Both the position numbers and the translations under genes were made by a program. This document shows, one piece after another, positions 53,910 to 61,442 of a DNA stretch of 64,000 nucleotides. Where the stretch lies: positions 2,035 through 66,034 of the forward strand of contig JAFSID010000079.1 of assembly GCA_017439965.1 (NCBI GenBank), given 5' to 3'. The stretch's first letter is position 1, and every line of letters starts with the position of its first letter. The stretch comes from Clostridia bacterium. GTDB lineage: Bacteria > Bacillota > Clostridia > Oscillospirales > SIG627. The notes beneath the pieces are model-generated. The model searched no databases, was not told the DNA's origin, and saw only the letters and a program-made list of their open reading frames with translations.

Positions 53910-56048
53910 ATGAAATTTACAAAAATATCTTTCGTTGCCCTCTGCCTTGCACTTCTTTTCACACTCAGTGCTCTCGCAGCAGTTCCTTACGCAACGTACA
54001 CCTATGATATCGACGGAAACCTCGCGCTTTCTCCCGATGCATACGTTCCCGACACTCTTATTGACTCAGACGACCTTCTCCTCGGCACAGCGCTCAGCAG
54101 TGCAAAGGACCTCTTCGTTGACAGCCACGAGAACGTTTACATCGTCGATACCAAAAACAACAGAATTCTCGTATGTGACTCGGACTTCAAGGTTCAGTTC
54201 TCTATCGGTCAGTTCTTTAACCAGAACGGCATTATGGACTCCCTTGCCGAGCCCCAGGGCGTATTCGTAAACGAGCTTGAAATCTTTGCGGCAGACACCG
54301 AAAACAACCGTATCGTTGTATTCGACCGTTTCACAGGTGAGTTCAAGCGTATCATCGAGCAGCCCAGATCAGACGTATTCCCCGAGGGAAGCGTTTATAA
54401 GCCCGTAGCGGTAGCGGTTGATACCGCAGGTAGAATTTACGTTGTATCCTCTACCACCACCTACGGTGTTATCTCCATGAACTCCGACGGAACTTTCCTC
54501 GGCTTCCTTGGAGCACAGAAGGTTACTCCTTCTGCCTTTGATATCTTCTGGCGTAACTTCCAGACAAAAGCACAGAGAGAGCAGTCACTCCAGTACGTTC
54601 CTACCGAGTATAACAACATCACGATTGACGCCGACGGCTTTATCTACGTTACGACGTCAACCATTGACGCAGGCTCACAGCAGAGCGCAATCGATACCAA
54701 GAGCAAGTCTGCCGATTACGCTCCCGTTAAGAAGCTTAACCCCAAGGGTGACGACGTTATGAGCCGTAACGGCTTCTATCCTCCCTCCGGTGAGGTTAAG
54801 GTACAGACCGAGGGTCTCGGTGCTGATTCCGATATCACGGGTCCCTCCAAGATTATCGACGTAGCACTCGGTCCCTGCGGAATGTGGTCTATCATCGACG
54901 AAAAGAGAAGTAAGGTCTTTACCTACGACGAGGACGGTAATCTCCTTTATATCTTCGGTGATAAGGGCTCACAGCTCGGTAACATTGCCAACATTCAGTC
55001 GGTAGTTTACAAGGGCACGGATATGCTTATCCTTGATAAGTCCAACGATACCATTACAATTTATAAGCGTACCGAGTACGGAGACACTCTTGCAGCGGCT
55101 CTCAAGAATACTCAGGACAGACTTTACGACCAGGCGGTTGTTCACTGGCAGGAGATCCTCCAGAAGAACTCCAACTTCGATATGGCTTACATCGGTATAG
55201 GTGATAGCCTTTACCGTCAGGGCGATTACGATGAAGCAATGGAAATGTACCAGATGGCATACGCCGTTGAGGACTATTCCAACTCCTTCAAGCAGATTCG
55301 TAAGAACTGGATGGAAAAGTGGATCATCCTCGTCCCCATCGTAGTAATCGCATTCTTCGTTCTCGTTACCAAGTTCTTCAAGTATGCAAACAAGGTTAAC
55401 GTTGCAGGACAGAAGATGAAGGAAAAGAGAAGCTTCAAGGAAACCTTCCTTTACGCCTTCCATATCATCTTCCATCCGTTCGACGGCTTCTGGGATATGA
55501 AGCACGAAAAACGAGGAAGCATGACAGCGGCTCTTACCGTTGTAGCAATTACCATCCTTTCGTTTATTTATAAGTCTGCGGGTACCGCATACATCTTCAA
55601 CCCCGATTCTCAGGGCGTCAGCTACGTTGGAGAAATTCTCGGCGTACTGCTTCCCTACATAGTTTGGGGTATCGCAAACTGGTGTCTTACCACACTGTTC
55701 GACGGTGAAGGTAGAATGAGAGATATCTTTATGGCAACGGGCTATGCAATGCTTCCCATACCCATGATGATTATCCCCACCACCATTTGTTCAAACTTCC
55801 TGCTTCTCGAGGAAGGCTCGATCCTTACCATGATCAACATCATCGGTTACATCTGGGCAGGCTTCCTTATCTTCTTTGCAATGCAGGTAATTCACGACTT
55901 TACACTCGGCAAGAATACTATAATGTGTATAGCAACGATCGTCGGTATGGCATTTATTATGTTCCTTGGCGTCCTCTTCTCAGGACTTCTCGGAAAGATC
56001 GTATCGTTCGTTTACAACATTTACGTCGAGCTCTCGTACAGAATGTAG
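53910..56048 (+). CDS. secreted NHL-repeat beta-propeller - TPR-like - Yip1-domain polytopic membrane fusion protein
   Basis: 712 aa. Signal peptide MKFTKISFVALCLALLFTLSALAA. NHL-type blades (ENVYIVDTKNNRILVCD, IFAADTENNRIVVFD, GRIYVVSS, GFIYVTTS...). TPR-like segment AYIGIGDSLYRQGDYDEAMEMYQMA. One TM helix, then a Yip1-like module (IIFHPFDGFWDMK plus about 5 TM helices). Confidence 0.75.
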   Translation: MKFTKISFVALCLALLFTLSALAAVPYATYTYDIDGNLALSPDAYVPDTLIDSDDLLLGTALSSAKDLFVDSHENVYIVDTKNNRILVCDSDFKVQFSIGQFFNQNGIMDSLAEPQGVFVNELEIFAADTENNRIVVFDRFTGEFKRIIEQPRSDVFPEGSVYKPVAVAVDTAGRIYVVSSTTTYGVISMNSDGTFLGFLGAQKVTPSAFDIFWRNFQTKAQREQSLQYVPTEYNNITIDADGFIYVTTSTIDAGSQQSAIDTKSKSADYAPVKKLNPKGDDVMSRNGFYPPSGEVKVQTEGLGADSDITGPSKIIDVALGPCGMWSIIDEKRSKVFTYDEDGNLLYIFGDKGSQLGNIANIQSVVYKGTDMLILDKSNDTITIYKRTEYGDTLAAALKNTQDRLYDQAVVHWQEILQKNSNFDMAYIGIGDSLYRQGDYDEAMEMYQMAYAVEDYSNSFKQIRKNWMEKWIILVPIVVIAFFVLVTKFFKYANKVNVAGQKMKEKRSFKETFLYAFHIIFHPFDGFWDMKHEKRGSMTAALTVVAITILSFIYKSAGTAYIFNPDSQGVSYVGEILGVLLPYIVWGIANWCLTTLFDGEGRMRDIFMATGYAMLPIPMMIIPTTICSNFLLLEEGSILTMINIIGYIWAGFLIFFAMQVIHDFTLGKNTIMCIATIVGMAFIMFLGVLFSGLLGKIVSFVYNIYVELSYRM

Positions 56049-56066
56049 AATAGGAGGAAAAGTAAA

Positions 56067-58958
56067 ATGAATATGAAAAAGCTCATATCACTCACACTTG
56101 CGCTTATCATGTGTGTGGGCGTTCTCACATCACTTCTTGCCCTTCCTGTTTATGCAGACGAGACTGAGACCGCAACAACCGAAACAACAACCACCGAGAC
56201 GACCGAAGGAGGAGAAGGGGAGACAACAACTACTCCCGCCACCTCCAACAATACGACTCTCTCGGAGGATTACACGACCAAGCAGTATCTTACGGTTGAC
56301 GATAAGCTCGCAACTATGGAGGTTGTTTATTCCAACCACGGTTACGACCTTTACTACCACGCCGAGACAGGTGAGGTAGCCGTTAAGAATACAGCTACCG
56401 GTCAGGTGCTTTCCACCAACCCCTATGACATTTACCACGCTAATAACAAGGCTACCGAAAAGGAAAAGCTTTTAAGCCAGATTATCGTTAACTACGTTGA
56501 CAACGGCGAAGAGAAGCAGATGAACTCCTACGCTTCTGCGGCGCTTCTCTCTCAGATCAAGAAGTTCGATATCCGTAACGGTATACGAGTTGAGTATACC
56601 ATCGGTAAGTCCAGCGCAAAGAGAACCATTCCCTTTATGATTTCCAAGGAGCGCTTCGAGACTATGATTCTCCAGCCCGTCCTTGAGTCAGGCGATACGG
56701 ATGCTTACGGAAAGCTCAAGAGCTACTACGTGCTCCGTGACCCCAACGATCCTTCTCTTACCGAAAACGAGAGACAGACGCTTTACAACACGCTTCCCGC
56801 TACCCGTACGGTCGGTGCTATCTACGTAATGGAGTCCACCGTTGCAGAGGTTGAGCGTGAGCTTAATATGTTTGAAAAGTGGATTCTCTCCTACACCAAG
56901 TACACCTACGACGACGTTCTTAAGGACCACGAGCAGACAAGCTACACCGGAGCAACCAAGACTCCTGCGGTGTTCAGAATGGCGCTTGAGTATTATCTTA
57001 CCGAGGACGGTCTTGAAGTAAGACTTCCCGCCAGCGGTATCCGTTACGACTCGGCTCTCTATTCTCTTACAAACATCCAGATTCTTCCTTTCTTCGGCGC
57101 ATATTCTCAGTCTGAGCAGGGCTTCGTTCTTCTCCCCGACGGTTCGGGTACACTCGTTAGATTTGAGGACTCCTCCGAGTCAAGCGCTACCACCATCACC
57201 TCCAGCCTTTACGGTGCTGACTATTCCTTCTATACGCAGAGCGTAGTTGCTAACATGCAGCCCTGGACTCTTCCCGTATTCGGTATGGTTGAAAACACCA
57301 AGGTAATTACTGAGGTTTGGAACGAGGTTGCGGTTGACGACGGACAGGGCGGTACCATCACCGTTCTCGAACGAAGTGAGGTTGAGTCCTACGAGCCCAA
57401 GGGCTTCCTTGCAGTAGTTACCGAGGGTGACTCTATGATGAGCCTCTCCACTGCATCGGGCGGTCTTCTCAACAAGTATTTCACAGCATTCCCCATTGCA
57501 ACTCCACGTCCCAAGGACACCTATCCTCTTGACGGTATCTCTGTATCGGGCGGAACTGCAACCTGGACCGTAGAGTCACAGAAAAAGTACACGGGCAGCT
57601 ACCGTATCAAGTATTTTATGCTTAACGGTGAAGAAGAGGCTACCTATGTAAATATGGCTAACGTTTACCGTAGCTACCTCGAAAAAACTCAGAATCTCAA
57701 GAAGCTTGAGGCTGACGGAGATGACATTGAGCTTTTCCTTGAAACCTTCGGCGCAATTGATACTACCGAGCGTCGCTTCGGTGTACCCGTTGACGTAAAG
57801 AAGGACCTCACCTCCTTTGAGAATGCAAGGGTTATGATTGACGAGCTTGCAGGCTTCGGAATCAATAACATCTCTCTCAAGTACAGAGGCTGGGCAAACG
57901 GCGGTCTTGATGCTACCGCTCCCACGAAGTTCAAGGTTGAAAAGGTGCTTGGCGGTAAGGACGGCTTGCTCGACCTCATCGAGTACGCTAACTCCAAAAA
58001 CGTCACCGTATTCCCCGACTTTGATTACACCTACATTAACACCTATTCCTCGGGCGACAAGTTCAGCCCCAAGAATGACACCTCCAAGACCGTTGATGAC
58101 CGTGCCGCAATACACAGAACCTACGACCCCGTATTCCAGACCTTCCTCGACGATAATATGCTTCTCATCTCTCCCAACAAGATTTTAGGCTTCTGGAGAG
58201 GCATCAGCGAGAAGTTTGCAGAGCTTGGCACGGGTGCCGTATCCTTCGCAACTCTCGGCTCCGAGCTTAACTCCGATCACAACAAGGACGATTCTCTTAA
58301 CCGTGAAAACGTTAAGGAAAGAATCACTGAGTTTCTTGCTGAGGTTAAGGATGAGGGCTTTGAGGTAATGGTTGAGCAGGGTAACTCCTACACCATTCAG
58401 TATGCGGACAGCATTCTCAACGTTCCGCTTGACGCCAGCGGAAGATACGTAGCAAGTGAATCCGTTCCCTTCTTCGGACTCGTATATCACGGCTACAAGA
58501 ACTTTGCAGGTGACGCTATCAACCTTGCAGGTGACTATACCTACAGCGTTCTTAAGACTATTGAAAACGGTGCAGCACCTTACTTCATCCTTTCGTATCA
58601 GAATGCTAACGCTCTTAAGACCAGCGAAACCTACAGCAAATATTACTCCATCCGTTACGATATCTGGAAGGCAGACCTCGTTGAGACCTATCAGACTCTT
58701 GATATGGTACTCGCGCCCGTCAAGAATTCCGTAATCGTAGGACACGACTTCATCACGTCCCGTCAGGTACTGGTTACCTATGACAACGGAACAACCTTCA
58801 ACATTGATTACAGCACCAACGTGCTCATCGTAAACAATGGTGAAACCGAATACACAATCGACTTTGAATCCGCAACCGTAGTAGAGAATGAAACCGAGTA
58901 TTCCATCAGCGAATACCTTGCAAAAGCAGGTTACACTCCCTATGCGGAGAATAACTGA
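56067..58958 (+). CDS. large secreted protein of unknown function (possibly DUF5696-like) with Thr/Glu-rich linker
   Basis: 963 aa. Signal peptide MNMKKLISLTLALIMCVGVLTSLLALPVYA, followed by ETETATTETTTTETTEGGEGETTTTPATS. No catalytic motif recognised. The family name is recalled from annotations of similar loci and is unverified. Confidence 0.6.
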   Translation: MNMKKLISLTLALIMCVGVLTSLLALPVYADETETATTETTTTETTEGGEGETTTTPATSNNTTLSEDYTTKQYLTVDDKLATMEVVYSNHGYDLYYHAETGEVAVKNTATGQVLSTNPYDIYHANNKATEKEKLLSQIIVNYVDNGEEKQMNSYASAALLSQIKKFDIRNGIRVEYTIGKSSAKRTIPFMISKERFETMILQPVLESGDTDAYGKLKSYYVLRDPNDPSLTENERQTLYNTLPATRTVGAIYVMESTVAEVERELNMFEKWILSYTKYTYDDVLKDHEQTSYTGATKTPAVFRMALEYYLTEDGLEVRLPASGIRYDSALYSLTNIQILPFFGAYSQSEQGFVLLPDGSGTLVRFEDSSESSATTITSSLYGADYSFYTQSVVANMQPWTLPVFGMVENTKVITEVWNEVAVDDGQGGTITVLERSEVESYEPKGFLAVVTEGDSMMSLSTASGGLLNKYFTAFPIATPRPKDTYPLDGISVSGGTATWTVESQKKYTGSYRIKYFMLNGEEEATYVNMANVYRSYLEKTQNLKKLEADGDDIELFLETFGAIDTTERRFGVPVDVKKDLTSFENARVMIDELAGFGINNISLKYRGWANGGLDATAPTKFKVEKVLGGKDGLLDLIEYANSKNVTVFPDFDYTYINTYSSGDKFSPKNDTSKTVDDRAAIHRTYDPVFQTFLDDNMLLISPNKILGFWRGISEKFAELGTGAVSFATLGSELNSDHNKDDSLNRENVKERITEFLAEVKDEGFEVMVEQGNSYTIQYADSILNVPLDASGRYVASESVPFFGLVYHGYKNFAGDAINLAGDYTYSVLKTIENGAAPYFILSYQNANALKTSETYSKYYSIRYDIWKADLVETYQTLDMVLAPVKNSVIVGHDFITSRQVLVTYDNGTTFNIDYSTNVLIVNNGETEYTIDFESATVVENETEYSISEYLAKAGYTPYAENN

Positions 58959-58975
58959 GAAAGGGAGGTAATAAA

Positions 58976-59956
58976 ATGAACGCAACTAAAGCAGACGTAA
59001 AGGTCAAGCCTCAGGCAGCTAAAAAGAAGAAGCCTGCATCACTTGACAAGAAGAAGGCTCATGCGGGCTGGTTCTTCGTACTTCCCTTCGTAGTAATTTT
59101 CGTAGCCGTTTACATTCCGATTATCATAAACTCCATAACCTTCTCCTTCAACGAGCTGGAAATTCAGCAGATGGGTGGTTACGAGCTTATCTTCATCGGT
59201 ATGGACAACTACACCGAAGCGCTCTTCGTTGACTCGGGCTTCGTTCCCACGCTTGTCAGCGGTATGAGACAGCTTATTCTTGACATTCCCGCAATCGTTA
59301 TATTCTCGCTCTTTATGGCTATCCTTCTTAACGAAAAGATGGTCGGCAGAACGGTATTCCGTGCGATATTCTTTATCCCCGTTATTCTTTCGACGGGTAT
59401 TATCGATACTCTTGACCAGTCCAACTCCATGATGAACTATATGCAGAACGCAGGTGAGGAAATGGGCGGTGAGGGTGGCCAGGCTACCGCAAACGAGATT
59501 ATCTCGGCGATTGATATTCAGAAGCTCTTCCAGAATATGAAGATAGGTCAAGGACTTGTAGATTACGTTGTTAACATCGTTAACGACATTTACAACGTCG
59601 TAAACCGTTCAGGTGTACAGATGCTTATCTTCCTCTCGGGTCTTCAGTCTATCAACCCTGCTATCTACGAATCCTGTAAGATAGACGGCGCATCCGCTTG
59701 GGAAACCTTCTGGAAGATAACCTTCCCGATGATAAGCCCGATGATAATGGTTAACACCATTTACACCGTTATCGACTCCTTTACTTCCAAGAGTAATCAG
59801 GTTATGGCGTATATCAGAAACGTATACGACTCAGCCGCAAACGGTCAGGTGCTTGCATCTGCGATGAGCTGGATGTACTTCCTCGTGGTTATTCTTCTTA
59901 TAGCAATAGTCGCAGGACTTCTCTCGATGTACATCTTCTACCAGAGAAGAGATTAA
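58976..59956 (+). CDS. carbohydrate ABC transporter permease (second pair, MalF-like)
   Basis: 326 aa. EAA loop IYESCKIDGASAWETFWKITFPMISP. RBS GGGAGG. Confidence 0.9.
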   Translation: MNATKADVKVKPQAAKKKKPASLDKKKAHAGWFFVLPFVVIFVAVYIPIIINSITFSFNELEIQQMGGYELIFIGMDNYTEALFVDSGFVPTLVSGMRQLILDIPAIVIFSLFMAILLNEKMVGRTVFRAIFFIPVILSTGIIDTLDQSNSMMNYMQNAGEEMGGEGGQATANEIISAIDIQKLFQNMKIGQGLVDYVVNIVNDIYNVVNRSGVQMLIFLSGLQSINPAIYESCKIDGASAWETFWKITFPMISPMIMVNTIYTVIDSFTSKSNQVMAYIRNVYDSAANGQVLASAMSWMYFLVVILLIAIVAGLLSMYIFYQRRD

Positions 59957-59974
59957 GGAAAGGAGGATATAACA

Positions 59975-61006
59975 ATGGACGCACCCAAAATACTTAAAGA
60001 TTCAAAAAACAAAATACGCGTTGACTTTGAGCGTACAAGCCTTGCGGAAAGATTGAAGGCTAAATACCTTTCAACCGCATTTCTTGGCAAGGTAATCTGG
60101 AAAATATTCAGACTTGTACTTCTTGTCGGTATTGCTTATATTATCCTCTTCCCCTTCTTTACGAAGATTGCGGGCTCCTTTATGAGCCGCGAGGACCTTG
60201 TTGACGTTACCGTTCGACTCATTCCCAGATATCCCACCCTTGATACCTACAAGTACATTATCAAGGAAAACTCATACTTCCAGGCGTTTATCAACACCTT
60301 CCTGCTCTCACTTATGTGTGCGGCAGTACAGACCTTTATCTGTGCAATCGTTGGTTACGGTCTTGCGAAGTTTAAGTTCAAGGGTAATAAGCTCGTGTTT
60401 GCAGCGGTTATCTTCACTATGATCGTACCTCACGAGACCATTAAGCTCTCAATGTATATGAACTTCAAGTTCTTCGACGTATTCGGACTTTACGGAATGC
60501 TCAACGATGCACTCCACTTCTCCGAAACGGGAAGCATTGACCTTATCAACTCTTACTGGCCCATGCTTATCCTCTCACTCGGCGGTATCGCCTTTAAGAA
60601 CGGTCTTTACATCTTTATGATGAGACAGTTCTTCAAGGGAGTTCCCGATGAGCTTGAAGAGGCAGCATACATCGACGGTGAGAGCACCTTCGGAACCTTC
60701 TTTAAGATTATTCTTCCCATCTCCATCCCCATGATGATTACGATTTTCATCTTCGCATTCTCATGGCAGTGGACGGATAACTTCTACACAGACCTGTTCT
60801 TCACACAGTCGGGCGCACTTATGATGCCTCGAATCATAACAGTTCCCCCCAGCCTTTCGGATGATTCCTTTGCGGCTCAGGGACTTTATGAGTCCTGTAT
60901 CGAGAACACCTGCGGTCTTCTCGTTATCCTTCCCCTTATCCTGTTCTACTCATACCTCCAGAGATATCTCATCCAAGGTATCGAGCGTTCGGGTATCGTT
61001 GGTTAA
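59975..61006 (+). CDS. carbohydrate ABC transporter permease (second pair, MalG-like, N-terminally extended)
   Basis: 343 aa. EAA loop LEEAAYIDGESTFGTFFKIILPISIP. RBS AAGGAGG. Confidence 0.9.
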   Translation: MDAPKILKDSKNKIRVDFERTSLAERLKAKYLSTAFLGKVIWKIFRLVLLVGIAYIILFPFFTKIAGSFMSREDLVDVTVRLIPRYPTLDTYKYIIKENSYFQAFINTFLLSLMCAAVQTFICAIVGYGLAKFKFKGNKLVFAAVIFTMIVPHETIKLSMYMNFKFFDVFGLYGMLNDALHFSETGSIDLINSYWPMLILSLGGIAFKNGLYIFMMRQFFKGVPDELEEAAYIDGESTFGTFFKIILPISIPMMITIFIFAFSWQWTDNFYTDLFFTQSGALMMPRIITVPPSLSDDSFAAQGLYESCIENTCGLLVILPLILFYSYLQRYLIQGIERSGIVG

Positions 61007-61022
61007 TCCAAAGAAGCTTTAT

Positions 61023-61052
61023 AAAAGCCTCCGCTGTTTGCGGAGGCTTTTT
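61023..61052 (+). terminator. intrinsic terminator ending the operon
   Basis: GCCTCCGC-tgttt-GCGGAGGC flanked by AAAA and TTTTT. Confidence 0.85.
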
Positions 61053-61358
61053 GCTTGTATACTAATGAATTGCATTTAGATTAAGATAGGTGAGAATTGC
61101 CGACGGCTACAACTTGTAAAAAAGGAAAGATAATATATAAAATTCATACTTTTGTGCGTATAAAAAGCTCCTGACTTATTGTATAATTATAACGCAATAT
61201 AATTATTTATAGGTTATATATAAGTCGATGCCGTTACAAAAAGCAGATTAAGCCTACTGTCTTTTTGAATATTTGAGGTTTCACCACTGCTTATTGGTAA
61301 TATTGCACAATCTTATCTGTGCAAATAAACGAATTTGATACAAATTGAAATAATTCCA

Positions 61359-61387
61359 TTGACTTTAATAAATAACGGGTATATAAT
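61359..61387 (+). promoter_or_regulatory. sigma-A promoter of the 61443 gene
   Basis: TTGACT (61359-61364), 17 nt, TATAAT (61382-61387). Confidence 0.6.
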
Positions 61388-61442
61388 TATATTATCCAAA
61401 GGTGTCAGTATCACCTTGAATATTTTATAGGAGGAAAAAACT

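Noticed and set aside
56157-56260. Thr/Glu-rich stretch considered as a DNA-level repeat element
   Set aside because: It is low-complexity coding sequence (ACx/GAx codons) forming a linker in the 963-aa protein, not a defined tandem repeat unit.
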